Assembly (NCBI GenBank): GCA_001189075.1
Contig: LFCN01000006.1
Location: 321,746-385,745, forward strand
Length of the DNA stretch: 64,000 nt
Direction: 5' to 3'
Origin: Parcubacteria bacterium C7867-004
Lineage (GTDB): Bacteria; Patescibacteriota; Minisyncoccia; Phycocordibacterales; Phycocordibacteraceae
Shown piece after piece: positions 39,746-50,752 of the stretch. How positions within the stretch are numbered: the first letter of the stretch is position 1; each line of letters begins with the position of its first letter. Position numbers and translations under genes: made by a program. A model generated the notes under the pieces. It ran no database searches and was not told the DNA's origin. It was given only the letters and a program-made list of their open reading frames with translations.

Positions 39746-40226
39746 GCTTCAGTCGAATGTTACTGCCTCTATGCGTTAGTTTCAAACTATGACAATTAGG
39801 GCAAAGAATACGAAGGTTCTCTAATCTATTGTCCGTATTGTCTCCATTTATGTGGTCCAGCTCAATTGGAAGTCTCCCGTCAATACTTTTTTCTGCCCAT
39901 CCACATTCCTCACACTCAGGTTTCTTTAATCCAGCATTAAATAATCGCCTTTTAAGATTCCGCCTCGATCTTCGGCTTCCTGCGATAAAGAGCTCCTCAA
40001 GCGAGTATATCGGTTGCCTAGGAATGCTTATGCCTTTATGCCAAGCCTGACCTTTGAAATGAGATGTATCGATCTGGAATTTGCGAATATAGAAATAGTA
40101 TTGAGCATAATTCCCTCCTGCGGGAACTAAACCCAATTTAGAGATCACTTCTCGAACAGTTATTGACTCAAGCACCGCTTTTCGGATATTAGATTCTTCC
40201 CATCGTCCAGGAATACGAGCGGTCAT
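39708..40226 (-). CDS. HNH endonuclease
   Basis: CEECG...ELDHINGDNTDNRLENLRILCPNCH; AT-rich; 3' end overlaps tRNA-Leu. Confidence 0.88.
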   Translation of the reverse strand: MTARIPGRWEESNIRKAVLESITVREVISKLGLVPAGGNYAQYYFYIRKFQIDTSHFKGQAWHKGISIPRQPIYSLEELFIAGSRRSRRNLKRRLFNAGLKKPECEECGWAEKSIDGRLPIELDHINGDNTDNRLENLRILCPNCHSLKLTHRGSNIRLKRRDGGIGYTRDA

Positions 40227-40286
40227 TAGCCATAGGCTAACAACTTCGAGCTAAAATCTATCTCGAGAAAACTTCAAGTATTTATG

Positions 40287-40358
40287 AGGCCCAGACGGAA
40301 ATCGCATCCGTGCATAGCGGGTTTGCAATCCGCCGCGTTTCTACTTCGCCACTGAGCC
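40287..40358 (-). tRNA. tRNA-Cys(GCA), non-canonical
   Basis: Acceptor GGCTCAG/CTGGGCC, U73, anticodon loop TTGCAAA; T-loop TGCGATT; D-loop lacks GG. Confidence 0.85.
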
Positions 40359-40392
40359 GTAGGAGGATGATAACGCGCCTCGGCCGTGTGCG

Positions 40393-40752
40393 CTACGCGC
40401 TTTCCTCAGTGCTTTCGCTGGTAGCTTCAAGCTCTCGGGTAAGCTCTTCCAGATGCTGGCGATTACGCTCCCCACGATCAAGCTCGAACCGGATATAGGG
40501 AAGTCGCGCTAAGCGCGTCGTCTTCTTGAGCTCATTACGGAAAAGGTCCTTGTGGCGCATCAGAAAGGCGAGTGCGTGCCCCTCCTGGGCATCAGGGTAG
40601 ACGCTGACATAGATAGTCGCATCCTTACGGTCCTTGGATACCACCACGCGAGTAGGGGTGATAAGGGTATCGCGTCCCGCCTCACGCGCGATATAGCGCC
40701 CTGCTTGCTCAAGAAGTATGGAAACGGCCCGTTCGTCGCGTGCGCTGCTCAT
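40393..40752 (-). CDS. rbfA: ribosome-binding factor A
   Basis: LITPTRVVVSKD..ATIYVS, LPYIRFELD; downstream of infB. Confidence 0.85.
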   Translation of the reverse strand: MSSARDERAVSILLEQAGRYIAREAGRDTLITPTRVVVSKDRKDATIYVSVYPDAQEGHALAFLMRHKDLFRNELKKTTRLARLPYIRFELDRGERNRQHLEELTRELEATSESTEESA

Positions 40753-40753
40753 A

Positions 40754-42235
40754 TTAGGTTTCCGTCATGCGGAAAGCGATGAGGGTGTCACCGGCAGCCG
40801 CTTCATACCGGCCCTCAAGCTGGAGACCGAACTCGCCTTCCATCTTTATCTCAGAGACGTCTGCGCGCGCTACCTGCAGGTTCGTGAGCTTCGAGGTGCC
40901 GATCGGCTGGCCGCGACGATCTACCTTCACGAGGTTCCCGACCGTGAGTACGCCGGAGATCCAGCGAGCACCGAGGACCTGCTTGCTGCTGGTGCCGCCG
41001 AATGCCTTAAGGACCTTTGCTTCGCCCAGGATCTCTTCGACGGTTACGCGCGGAGCACGTTCCTTCACGAGCTCCTCGATGCGCTCCTTGAGATCGTAGA
41101 TGATCGAGAAAGTGTCTATGGAAACCTTTGAGCGCTCGGCCCAGTCGCGTCCGGCAGCGTCAGTGCCTACGTTGAAGGCTACGATGAACCCTCCTGCCGC
41201 AGCCGCAGCCTTTACGTCGTTCTCGCCAACCGCGCCGATGCCCTCCTGGATGATCTTGATAACGACACGCTCATGCTCGACTTTCGCGAGCTCATGTTTG
41301 ATGGCGAGGATACTGCCGCTCGCGTCCGCTTTGATAACCAGTGGAAGGGTAGCGATACCGCTCTCGTTCTGCTGCGCAGGAATGTTCTTAATCGACTCGG
41401 GCCGCCCAAGGACCGCGAGCTTCTCAGCTTCCTTCTTGCTATCTGCCGCAACGAAGGGCGTACCAGCCGGGGGAAGCGCATTCCAGTTGGAGATACGGAT
41501 CGGCTGCGCGGGAAGTGCTTCCTTGATACGGTTACCCGCGAAGTCCTCGATGAAGCGGACAGGAGCAAAGGTGTCTCCAGCGATAACGAACTGTCCGGTA
41601 GAAAGCGTACCGTCTTTGATGATCAGTGTCGCAGCGATGCCCTGCTTCGGATCCTGAGAAGATTCGAGTACGAAGCCGGTTGCGGGAAGCGCGCTATCTG
41701 CGGTCAGTTCCGCGAGATCAGCGGTAAGGAGTACGAGGTCGAGAAGCTCCGGAACACCCTCACCGGTCTTGGAGGAGACACCGACGAACGGTATCGAACC
41801 TCCCACGCCTTCGAGATAGATACCGTTCTCGAGTGCGGAGACCTTCGCACGTTCGATATCGGCGCCGTTCTTATCGATCTTCGTGAACGCGACGACGAAC
41901 GGCGTTCCTGCTTCGGTTATCGCCTCGAATGCTTCAAGCGTCTGCGGCTTTACGCCTTCTTCCGCGGCGATAACGAGGATCGCGATGTCCGCTACGGCAG
42001 CGCCGCGTGCACGAAGCGCGCGGAATGCTTCGTGTCCTGGGGTGTCGAGGAAGGTGATTCGACGCTTCGTACCTTCGTGCTCATGCTCAGCTTCGTATGC
42101 GGAGACGTGCTGCGTGATACCGCCGGCCTCTCCCGCCGTTACGTTCGCAGCGCGAATGTAATCGAGCAAGGAAGACTTGCCGTGATCGATGTGACCCATA
42201 ACGGCCACGACAGGTGGTCGGGGAGCGAGTGCCAT
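40754..42235 (-). CDS. infB: translation initiation factor IF-2 (minimal, no N-terminal domain)
   Basis: [34 protein letters not shown]. Confidence 0.95.
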   Translation of the reverse strand: MALAPRPPVVAVMGHIDHGKSSLLDYIRAANVTAGEAGGITQHVSAYEAEHEHEGTKRRITFLDTPGHEAFRALRARGAAVADIAILVIAAEEGVKPQTLEAFEAITEAGTPFVVAFTKIDKNGADIERAKVSALENGIYLEGVGGSIPFVGVSSKTGEGVPELLDLVLLTADLAELTADSALPATGFVLESSQDPKQGIAATLIIKDGTLSTGQFVIAGDTFAPVRFIEDFAGNRIKEALPAQPIRISNWNALPPAGTPFVAADSKKEAEKLAVLGRPESIKNIPAQQNESGIATLPLVIKADASGSILAIKHELAKVEHERVVIKIIQEGIGAVGENDVKAAAAAGGFIVAFNVGTDAAGRDWAERSKVSIDTFSIIYDLKERIEELVKERAPRVTVEEILGEAKVLKAFGGTSSKQVLGARWISGVLTVGNLVKVDRRGQPIGTSKLTNLQVARADVSEIKMEGEFGLQLEGRYEAAAGDTLIAFRMTET

Positions 42236-42294
42236 AGTCCAGTAAATATACCATTTTACTTGCATAAACACAATGTAAGAGGCAGGCTGTACCT

Positions 42295-43473
42295 ATGTTT
42301 TCGAAGAAACGCATCTATCTCGATTGGGCAGCAGCGGCAACGGTATCGCGCGTAGCGAAGGAGGCATGTGCACGCGCGCTCGATTCATTCGGGAATCCTT
42401 CCTCGCCGCACGCAGAGGGCCGTAAAGCGCATGCAATTCTTGAAGATGCGCGCACGCGAATCGCAGCGCTCGCGGGAGTGAAAGCGGATGCAGTCATATT
42501 CACGAGCAATGCTACCGAAGCGAATGCGCTCGCGATCGAGGGGATTGTCCACGCGCATCTGCAGAAGGGAGTGCAGCCGGCAGACGTGCACGTCCTCTAT
42601 CTCCCAAGCGCGCATTCCTCGACCATTGGCGCTGTCGAACGACTGAGGGCGGTCGGTGTCTCGACTGAAGCGCTCACACTCACAAATGCTTCGATTGATC
42701 TAACAGCTCTCAAAGAACAACTTCGTCCCACGACCCTACTTATTGCGCTTGAGGCCGTATGTGGAGAAACGGGAACCCGCTTTGATGTTCGAGGTGTGCG
42801 TCAGGTGCTTGATACCTATCAGAAGGAGAGCGGTACACGCATCTATCTGCATGCCGATGCGAGCCAATTGCCGCTTGCGGAATCGTTCCTTCGCACCCGG
42901 CTTGCCTCTGATACCCTTTCGCTCGATGCACAGAAAGTAGGAGGCGTGCGCGGCGTGGGCGCGCTCATCGCTCCTCGACAGATTCCGCTCTCTCCTATCA
43001 TGAGCGGCGGAGGCCAGGAACGGGGACTGCGACCTGGTACCGAAGCTACCGCGCCCATCGCAGCGTTCGCAGCAGCACTTACAGAGGTTGCCGCTCTGCG
43101 TGAATCGTTCGCAGCTGATTCTTGTCGAAAGCGGGAACGACTTCTCGCACGCATACTGAAAGAGATTCCGAATGCCATTGAAAATGGGGGGTCTTCGCAC
43201 GTCTCGCATATCCTGAACGTATCTCTCATAGGTCGCGACACCGACTACCTCGTAGCGCTTCTGGACGAAGCGGGATTCGCGGTCTCGACACGAAGTGCTT
43301 GTGATAGCGACGAAGAGGGATCGAGGGCCGTACACGCGTACACCACTGATGCGGCTCGAGCCGGTTCGACCTTACGCGTTTCCTGGGGTCCAGGCGTGAC
43401 CGATCGGGAGCTTGACCGGTTCGCGACAAGCCTTATCCACGCAGTTCGATTCCTTGATGCGAACACGCTATAA
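42295..43473 (+). CDS. cysteine desulfurase family protein (IscS/NifS, divergent)
   Basis: IYLDWAA, GNPSS, ATEAN, DASQ, DAQK, GGGQERGLRPGT, STRSAC. Confidence 0.88.
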   Translation: MFSKKRIYLDWAAAATVSRVAKEACARALDSFGNPSSPHAEGRKAHAILEDARTRIAALAGVKADAVIFTSNATEANALAIEGIVHAHLQKGVQPADVHVLYLPSAHSSTIGAVERLRAVGVSTEALTLTNASIDLTALKEQLRPTTLLIALEAVCGETGTRFDVRGVRQVLDTYQKESGTRIYLHADASQLPLAESFLRTRLASDTLSLDAQKVGGVRGVGALIAPRQIPLSPIMSGGGQERGLRPGTEATAPIAAFAAALTEVAALRESFAADSCRKRERLLARILKEIPNAIENGGSSHVSHILNVSLIGRDTDYLVALLDEAGFAVSTRSACDSDEEGSRAVHAYTTDAARAGSTLRVSWGPGVTDRELDRFATSLIHAVRFLDANTL

Positions 43474-43480
43474 TTTCGGT

Positions 43481-44227
43481 ATGAACATCGAAGACCTGTC
43501 GAAGACCCAGCTCCTGCTTCTTACCATCCTCGTGAACTTCGTGACCGCTATCGCAACTGCGGTCATGACGGTGACGCTGCTCGATGAAGCGCCGCCCACC
43601 GTCACGCAAACGGTCAACCGGATCGTCGAACGTACGGTCGAGACCGCAGCACAGGCGACCGCTCCGTTGCCGGGCATCGTAACGAAAGAGACGACGGTCA
43701 TCATCAAGGACGAGGATCTCCTGGCGGCAGCGATCAGTGCCGACGCTTCACGCACCGTGCTCATCTACAAGGGTGCGACCACGACCCCGGCGCTTGCGGT
43801 CGGTACGTTCCTCCCGGGCGCTCGCGCTATCGTCACGGCAACGGTTGTCGGCCTCCCAAAAGAAGTCCGCATCGCGTTCCCTGATGGAAGCACTGCCGAA
43901 GCATCGCTTTCAAAGCCAGGGGCGACGCTCACGGTCTACGGCTTCTCAGACACCGCGGTCCTTCCGAAGGTCGCTACCCCTGACCTCATCAAAGCCGCTG
44001 AGCTCAAACAGGGACAGACGCTTGTCGCGCTCACGCGCGACGGTTCGGCTACCACCGGCATTATCTCGAAGGTCACCGCGGATAACGTCTATGCGAACGT
44101 CGCCGGCATCCCGGTAGGCGCTGCCGCAGTTAATATCTCAGGCGACGTCATTGGCATCGCAACAGCTAGCCCGGGCGTATTCGCTACCGCAGATAAGATA
44201 CTCACGCTCCTTTCCGCCGCGCCGTAA
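43481..44227 (+). CDS. membrane-anchored trypsin-like (HtrA-type) pseudo-protease
   Basis: N-terminal TM and TVTQTVNRIVERTVE; TTGIISK and NISGDVIGI retained, catalytic H and S motifs absent. Confidence 0.55.
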   Translation: MNIEDLSKTQLLLLTILVNFVTAIATAVMTVTLLDEAPPTVTQTVNRIVERTVETAAQATAPLPGIVTKETTVIIKDEDLLAAAISADASRTVLIYKGATTTPALAVGTFLPGARAIVTATVVGLPKEVRIAFPDGSTAEASLSKPGATLTVYGFSDTAVLPKVATPDLIKAAELKQGQTLVALTRDGSATTGIISKVTADNVYANVAGIPVGAAAVNISGDVIGIATASPGVFATADKILTLLSAAP

Positions 44228-44273
44228 GAAGGATTTCACTCTCACGTCATTACTCGTATAGGACACTCACCTC

Positions 44274-46967
44274 ATGCCCCCATTCAAGAACTTCACCACC
44301 AAAGCAAAGGAAGCCATCCGCAAAGCGCATGAGCTCGCGATCGAACGGGGACAGAACCATGTTAGCCCCTTGCATCTCCTAACTGCGCTCGTGCACCAGG
44401 AGGAAAGCCTCGTATTCTCGGTGCTCGACCGCATGGATATCGATACGCTCCTTCTTGCCGATACGCTGCTTGAGACGCTTGAGATCCCCGAGACCAGCTC
44501 CACGCTCTCTCCTTCATACAACCTGTACCTCACGCCTGATCTTGCTGAGGCGCTTGAAGCAGCGGCAAAGGTAGCGGCGAGGATGAATGATTCATTCGTC
44601 GGAACGGAACACCTCTTCGTATCCGTACTTGAGCACCCAGGGTCGGCTTCCGAAGTACTCGCGCGCTTCCGCATCGATGCAGAGACCGTTCTTTTGCTCC
44701 TTAAGGAGCTCAAGAATGCGAAAGACGGGGATGTTAAGGAGCCGAAGCGCTTCCGCGCGCTCTCCAAGTACACCCGCAACCTGACCCGCATGGCGGCTGA
44801 CAACGCGCTTGATCCGGTTATCGGGCGTGATCAGGAGATCAGCCGTGTCATACAGATCCTTTCCCGTCGCACGAAGAACAATCCCGTACTCATCGGCGAA
44901 CCGGGAACGGGAAAGACAACCATCGCTGAAGGACTCGCGTCCCGCATCGCTACGGGTGACGTCCCGGAGTCGCTCAAAGGCAAGGAGCTCCTCTCGCTCG
45001 ACCTCGGTCTCATGATCGCGGGCACGAAGTATCGCGGAGAGTTCGAGGAGCGCATGAAGGCGGTTATGAAGGAGGTAGAGAAGTCGGATGGGAAAGTAAT
45101 CCTCTTCGTCGACGAGCTCCATACCATCGTTGGAGCCGGAGCAGCCGAAGGCGCGATGGACGCGTCCAATATGCTCAAGCCCGCGCTTTCGCGTGGCGAG
45201 ATCCGCATGATCGGCGCTACTACCCTTAAGGAATACCAGCAGCACATCGAGAAGGATGGCGCGCTTACGCGTCGCTTCCAGCCGGTCTATGTCGAAGAAC
45301 CGTCCATCGAGGACGCAACCGCTATCCTTCGCGGACTCCGCGACAAGTACGAGCTGTATCATGGCGTGCGCATAACTGACGGCGCAGTTGTTTCCGCGGT
45401 AGAGCTCTCGAGCCGCTACATAACCGACCGCTTCCTTCCCGACAAGGCGGTTGATCTTATCGACGAAGCTGCTTCCGGTCTTCGTATCGCACTTGAGAAC
45501 AAGCCGCCGGCTCTCGAAGAGACCGATCGCAAGATCCGCAGGCTCGAGATAGAGCGTGAGGCGCTGCGTAAGGATGCGGAATCCCTCTCTACGAGCGAAC
45601 GAGGAAACGCTAAGGATGCGAAGGAGCGCATGAAGGGCATTGATACCGAGATTGCTGACCTCCGCGAGAAGACCGGAGAGCTCGAGCTCAAGTGGAAGAA
45701 CGAGAAAGAGGTCCTGGAGAGTATTCGTACGCTTAAGACCGAACTCGATGCGAATCGCGTGCAGGCGGAGAACGCCGAAGCGATGGCTGACCTCGGTACC
45801 GCCGCTGAGATTCGGTACGGTCGCATCCCGATGATGCAGAAGGAGCTCGAGACGAAGCTGAAGCGCTTGAAGACGCTCCAGAAGTCGCGCCGTATCCTGC
45901 ATGAGGAGGTAACGGAGGCTGAGATAGCTGGCGTGGTAGCGCGTTGGACGGGTATTCCGGTAGCGAAGATGCTCGAGGAAGAGGCGTCAAAGCTGGCCCG
46001 GATGGAAGAGGCGCTTCGTGGAGCGGTAGTGGGGCAGGACAAAGCGGTGAAAGCCATCACGGACGCGGTTAAGCGTTCACGCGTCGGCATCAGTGACCCG
46101 AACCGTCCGATTGGCTCGTTCCTCTTCTTAGGACCTACCGGCGTCGGAAAGACGGAACTCTCGCGCCGCTTGGCTGAGTTCATGTTCAACGATAAGGAGT
46201 CGCTGGTGCGTGTCGACATGTCGGAGTTCATGGAGAAGCACTCCATCGCGAAGCTCATCGGCGCGCCGCCCGGATATGTGGGCTACGAGGAAGCCGGTTC
46301 GCTCACCGAGCGCATCCGTCACCGTCCGTACGCGGTAGTGCTCTTCGATGAGATCGAGAAGGCGCATCCAGAGGTCTTCAACATCCTCCTGCAGGTGCTC
46401 GACTCGGGACATCTCACCGACGGCAAGGGACGCAAGATCAATTTCAAGAACACGATCATCGTCCTAACCTCGAATATCGGCGCCGAGTACATCGACCGCA
46501 TGGCTAACATCGGTTTCGCCTCGAGCGGATCGGATGATATGGCTAAATATGAACAGGTGAAAGACAAGGTCATGGGAGCGCTCAAGGACCACTTCCGCCC
46601 GGAGTTCCTGAACCGTCTTGATGACATCGTTATGTTCGATGTCCTCTCCAAGGAGACGCTCATGGAAATCGTCGAGCACCAGGTGAAGGACGTAGTCGAA
46701 CGCCTTGCCGGAAAGCGGATCTCTCTCACGCTCTCTCCTGAAGTACGCGCCTGGCTCTCCGAGAAGGGGTATAACCCGCAGTACGGGGCTCGACCGCTTA
46801 AGCGCGCCATCCAGGAGCACATCCTTACCCCTATTGCCTCGCTCATGGTTGAGCAGGGGGTTATGGAGGGCGGCTCCGTGAACGTGGTGCTGAAGGGCGG
46901 CCAGCCACACTTCGAGGCGCATAAGTCAGTCCGTAAAACGAAGCCAAAAGCCACGCTTGTGTCCTAG
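44274..46967 (+). CDS. clpB: ATP-dependent chaperone ClpB
   Basis: Clp N domain, GEPGTGKT, long M-domain coiled coil, [15 protein letters not shown]. Confidence 0.92.
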   Translation: MPPFKNFTTKAKEAIRKAHELAIERGQNHVSPLHLLTALVHQEESLVFSVLDRMDIDTLLLADTLLETLEIPETSSTLSPSYNLYLTPDLAEALEAAAKVAARMNDSFVGTEHLFVSVLEHPGSASEVLARFRIDAETVLLLLKELKNAKDGDVKEPKRFRALSKYTRNLTRMAADNALDPVIGRDQEISRVIQILSRRTKNNPVLIGEPGTGKTTIAEGLASRIATGDVPESLKGKELLSLDLGLMIAGTKYRGEFEERMKAVMKEVEKSDGKVILFVDELHTIVGAGAAEGAMDASNMLKPALSRGEIRMIGATTLKEYQQHIEKDGALTRRFQPVYVEEPSIEDATAILRGLRDKYELYHGVRITDGAVVSAVELSSRYITDRFLPDKAVDLIDEAASGLRIALENKPPALEETDRKIRRLEIEREALRKDAESLSTSERGNAKDAKERMKGIDTEIADLREKTGELELKWKNEKEVLESIRTLKTELDANRVQAENAEAMADLGTAAEIRYGRIPMMQKELETKLKRLKTLQKSRRILHEEVTEAEIAGVVARWTGIPVAKMLEEEASKLARMEEALRGAVVGQDKAVKAITDAVKRSRVGISDPNRPIGSFLFLGPTGVGKTELSRRLAEFMFNDKESLVRVDMSEFMEKHSIAKLIGAPPGYVGYEEAGSLTERIRHRPYAVVLFDEIEKAHPEVFNILLQVLDSGHLTDGKGRKINFKNTIIVLTSNIGAEYIDRMANIGFASSGSDDMAKYEQVKDKVMGALKDHFRPEFLNRLDDIVMFDVLSKETLMEIVEHQVKDVVERLAGKRISLTLSPEVRAWLSEKGYNPQYGARPLKRAIQEHILTPIASLMVEQGVMEGGSVNVVLKGGQPHFEAHKSVRKTKPKATLVS

Positions 46968-46995
46968 TTCTGGCCCTGGTATAGTCTGCCTATCT

Positions 46996-47148
46996 ATGTC
47001 ACAGGATCGACTCATCGTACTGCGCTCTGCGTCAGGCCACGTCCGCCGCAGCCGCAAGAATAAGAAGAAGGTAGAGCGCAAGATCGAGCTCAAGAAGTAC
47101 GACCCCAATACCCGCAAACGCGAGGTATACAAGGAAGCCAAGAAGTAA
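46996..47148 (+). CDS. rpmG: 50S ribosomal protein L33 (Cys-free)
   Basis: KNKKK..RKIELKKYDP..RKREVYKE. Confidence 0.9.
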   Translation: MSQDRLIVLRSASGHVRRSRKNKKKVERKIELKKYDPNTRKREVYKEAKK

Positions 47149-47241
47149 GACCAGCAACCGCCCGCAAGGGCGGTTTTTGGTTGGGGATATCCTCCCGAGG
47201 TCGGTGTACATTCCTCCGTATTCGCTACAGAATGAGCGCAT

Positions 47242-48888
47242 ATGCGTTCACTAAACATTCATCCGAAGCTCCTTCCGACTCTCATCGTCCTCCTTGCCGT
47301 CTTTGTGGGCGTAGGAATCTACTTCTACACCAACCCCGAGACCTTCAAGGAACGCCTGGCCGATTCGCTCTCGACGGATACCGGACTTCCGTTTGATATC
47401 GATCTTGCGAAAGATTCTCTCACGGACGAGGAGAGTCAGGCGATGTGGGAAGCGCGCAACAAGCTCGCCGATTCGCTCGAGGGATATCCAATAGAAGCGA
47501 ATTTCCTTCCGGATCCGGTCCTTGTCCCACACCCTCAGGGCCAGGACTATCTCACACTCTACAAGATAGGAACGATAACGAACGGAGAACTGAAAGGCGA
47601 AACGTTGTATCTCGAATCGGAAGACGGTATGGGTGGTGCGTACTATAGCCGCGCAATTGTCAGGGACGGGAATGTCATCACGCTCCGGGAAAACCAATTC
47701 ACGTTCCCCTATGAGTACGACTTCCCGGAAATCATAAGCATACCCGGCACGCAGCATACGCTGAAGAAAGGAAGCACTGGCTGGTTCCTGTTCGATGAGA
47801 AGACGAAGTTACAATCGGTGTTTACGGATCCTCAGGCGCAGACGCTCTATCGTGCGGACTATGGCCAATGCCTCATCGCCGAGATGCCGGATCATATTGG
47901 CGTCTCCTACGACCTCGATATTCCGTTCGTGACAGAAGAGAGCGGAAAACTATCAGTGCGGCTTCCGAGCGGCTCCTTCTTCGAGGATGAATATGACTTC
48001 TTCAACTTCGGTTGTGGTGCCGGCTGCAGGCTCCTCCGATACGTCGATCCGGTCGAACTTGATCTTCCTGCGCGTCTTGCGCAGGTTGCTACCGATCCGA
48101 AGACGAACGAAGCGGTGTATGGCATCGCATCCAGCGAGGACCGTCGTCTCAAGGAATTGTATGCGGACGAGAACACGCTCGCGTATTTCCGTGAGGATGA
48201 TAACTGGGAGCATACGCCGACCAATAAATACACCTATCAGGAATTCCTCTCGCATAAGCCGCTCCTGTATTGGAAAGACCCGTGGGGAAAATGGATTGAA
48301 TTCCAAAATAAGCGATTCGCGACTGCGGCGGAGAAGTGTAAGCCTGTTATCTATCTGTATCCGCGTACCCCGGGAACGTTCCATGTGGAGGTAGCGCCGA
48401 ACGGTGGATTCACGAAGACCATTCCGGAATACGGCGACGGATGGGATGTGTTCGCACAACCCTCGGGATTGATCACTGATATCGCGAGCGGTCTTACGTA
48501 TCCGTACCTGTACTGGTCTGGCATCGGCATCAATTATCCTGAGATAACGGAAGGCTGGATCGTCCCCAAGGAGGGTGTCGATTCCTTCCTCTCGGAGAAG
48601 CTGTATGCGCTCGGTCTTGAAGGGAAGGAGATCGCGGATTTCAAGGAATACTGGGTACCGCGCCTCTCTGAGAAGCCGTACTACAAGATCTCGTTCATGG
48701 CCCCTCGTACCTTCGAGCAGCTCGCGCCTCTGAGCGTGGCGCCGATAGCGCCCGATACGAAGATTCGCGTGATGATGACCGCGCAGGCTACCGACGGCAC
48801 TGAATCCTTGCCAGTTCAGCATTTGCCGCAGCGCCCAGTACGCAACGGCTTCGTACTCGTCGAGTGGGGCGGCGCGGTGCTGTACTAG
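47242..48888 (+). CDS. membrane-anchored extracytoplasmic protein with conserved C-terminal KPVIYLYP...EWGG domain
   Basis: N-terminal TM; KPVIYLYP, YPYLYW, DFKEYWVPRL, VEWGG. Confidence 0.75.
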   Translation: MRSLNIHPKLLPTLIVLLAVFVGVGIYFYTNPETFKERLADSLSTDTGLPFDIDLAKDSLTDEESQAMWEARNKLADSLEGYPIEANFLPDPVLVPHPQGQDYLTLYKIGTITNGELKGETLYLESEDGMGGAYYSRAIVRDGNVITLRENQFTFPYEYDFPEIISIPGTQHTLKKGSTGWFLFDEKTKLQSVFTDPQAQTLYRADYGQCLIAEMPDHIGVSYDLDIPFVTEESGKLSVRLPSGSFFEDEYDFFNFGCGAGCRLLRYVDPVELDLPARLAQVATDPKTNEAVYGIASSEDRRLKELYADENTLAYFREDDNWEHTPTNKYTYQEFLSHKPLLYWKDPWGKWIEFQNKRFATAAEKCKPVIYLYPRTPGTFHVEVAPNGGFTKTIPEYGDGWDVFAQPSGLITDIASGLTYPYLYWSGIGINYPEITEGWIVPKEGVDSFLSEKLYALGLEGKEIADFKEYWVPRLSEKPYYKISFMAPRTFEQLAPLSVAPIAPDTKIRVMMTAQATDGTESLPVQHLPQRPVRNGFVLVEWGGAVLY

Positions 48889-48889
48889 C

Positions 48890-50650
48890 ATGCGCAAAGC
48901 GCTGTTGCTCGTCGCTATAGTCGGCTTATGCGTCGCAGCGGTGCTTGCGGTACACCTTTTCAAAAAGGATTTGCAGACCGTCTACGAGGGGACGCATTAT
49001 GCTTCCCACATGCAGGAGCACTTCTATGGGGATATGGCTTCCGCAGATACGGTATTCACGCCTGGTATCAAGGGCGCCATCGTTTCGCACCATCTCCTCG
49101 TTGCGGATCATATAGCGCAAACGTTCGCGTCGATGACCAACGATCAGGTTAAGACGGTGGTTATCATCGGACCGGATCATTTCTCCCGTGCCTCGGGAAA
49201 AGTATCAGTATCGCGGTATCCGTACGAGACACCATGGGGCAGGGTTGAGCCTGATACGGAAGTGATCGATGGCCTCATTAGCGCGAGGCTCGCCGAGGAG
49301 AACGAATATGTCTTCGAGATAGAGCACTCGATCGGCAGTCTCGCTCCGTATGTCAGGTATCATTTCCCGAACGCGAGACTGGTACCGATCGTTGTCGATC
49401 GCTCTACGTCACCTGAGGACGCAGTAAAGCTGGGAACATATCTAGCAGCTAATCTTGATGAGGGTGCGCTCGTTATCGCAAGCGTTGATTTCTCCCATCA
49501 CCTCGGGACCACGGCCGCCGATTTCCATGACGCGAAGAGTGTTGAGACCGTTCGTGCGTTCGACTTCGCATCGCTCGCGCGGCTTGAGGTGGATAGTCCA
49601 GCGTCCCTATACGCAGTCCTTACGTATCTTGAAGCGAAAGGCGCACAACGCCCCGTTATGTTCGATACGACGAACTCTGCGCGTTTCCTCGGCATTCCGG
49701 ATTCTGATGATGTAACGTCGTACCTCTTCGCTACGTTCGCTGAGGGACCAAAGGAGTCGACGGGCGCGGTTAGCATGTTTGCAGCAGGGGACCTGATGCT
49801 CGGAAGGGATGTCGCGAAGAAGATGGCGCAAGGAACCGACCTGTTCGAACGGTTCCGGGGAGTCGAAGGGAATTTCCTTCGCGGATTCGATATGTTCATT
49901 GCGAATCTCGAAGGGCCGATTACCAATTCGACTGAGTGCCAAAAGAAAGAACTCTCATTCTCCTTCAATCCTTCGGTTACTCCATACCTGAAAAAGAACG
50001 GGCTTACGCATGTAACGCTCGCTAATAATCATTCGAATGATTGTTTCGCAGCCGGTATCTCTGATACCAAGCAGAACCTCACGGAACAGGGCATTCGGTA
50101 TGTGGGTGGCGGAACGCTCGCTGAAAGTACCCGGACGGAAAAGGTCGCCGGGAAGCGAATCGCCATACTCGGCATTGATCGGACCGTCCAGCCGGTTGCT
50201 CCTGGGCTCGTGTATGCACATCTGCGCTCACTTGAAGAGAGTCATGACTATACGATCGTGGAGGTGCACTGGGGGCTCGAATACGAGCTCACCGAGTCGA
50301 CGGATCAGCGTACGCTCGCGCACGGCATGATAGACAGCGGGGCGGACGTCATCATCGGCCACCATCCGCATGTCGTGCAGCCGGTAGAGTCGTATGCAGG
50401 GAAGCCGATATTCTATTCCCTGGGAAATTTCGTATTTGATCAGTTCGGGAAAGAGACCAATACCGGCATGGCGGTCGGTCTGGTGCTCGCTGATGCGGCG
50501 ATAAGCACGTACCTGTTCCCGTACACGATAAACAGTGCGCATCAGCCGGACTTGATGGAGTACAAGGAAGCACAGGCGTATTGCAGCACTCAGGATATTC
50601 GTATCGAACCGTTCGGAAAGGATGCGTGCGCACTGCGCCTCGCTCGTTAA
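48890..50650 (+). CDS. fusion of MEMO1-like (AmmeMemoRadiSam B) domain and CapA/PGA_cap metallophosphoesterase
   Basis: IVSHH, GPDH, EHSI, SVDFSH; then GDLMLGR, NLEGP, LANNH, HWG.EY, GHHPHVVQ, YSLGNF. Confidence 0.85.
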   Translation: MRKALLLVAIVGLCVAAVLAVHLFKKDLQTVYEGTHYASHMQEHFYGDMASADTVFTPGIKGAIVSHHLLVADHIAQTFASMTNDQVKTVVIIGPDHFSRASGKVSVSRYPYETPWGRVEPDTEVIDGLISARLAEENEYVFEIEHSIGSLAPYVRYHFPNARLVPIVVDRSTSPEDAVKLGTYLAANLDEGALVIASVDFSHHLGTTAADFHDAKSVETVRAFDFASLARLEVDSPASLYAVLTYLEAKGAQRPVMFDTTNSARFLGIPDSDDVTSYLFATFAEGPKESTGAVSMFAAGDLMLGRDVAKKMAQGTDLFERFRGVEGNFLRGFDMFIANLEGPITNSTECQKKELSFSFNPSVTPYLKKNGLTHVTLANNHSNDCFAAGISDTKQNLTEQGIRYVGGGTLAESTRTEKVAGKRIAILGIDRTVQPVAPGLVYAHLRSLEESHDYTIVEVHWGLEYELTESTDQRTLAHGMIDSGADVIIGHHPHVVQPVESYAGKPIFYSLGNFVFDQFGKETNTGMAVGLVLADAAISTYLFPYTINSAHQPDLMEYKEAQAYCSTQDIRIEPFGKDACALRLAR

Positions 50651-50667
50651 AATATTCTTCAGTACGG

Positions 50668-50752
50668 GAAAAGCGGAAAGGCCCGTCCGAAGACGAGCCT
50701 TTCCGGCGCGCTTACGAACATGTTGGCCGAGGCCGACTCGTTCGCAAGCACC
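50668..50752 (-). ncRNA. candidate small RNA of about 85 nt
   Basis: TTGACG-N17-TAGTAT promoter (50758-50786), hairpin GCTTGCGAAC...GTTCGTAAGC, terminator CGGAAAGGCTCGTC-TTCG-GACGGGCCTTTCCG followed by a T-tract. Confidence 0.5.

Noticed and set aside
39656-40358. HNH inside a tRNA group I intron
   Set aside because: Both flanking tRNAs are contiguous and complete, with no room for a ribozyme core
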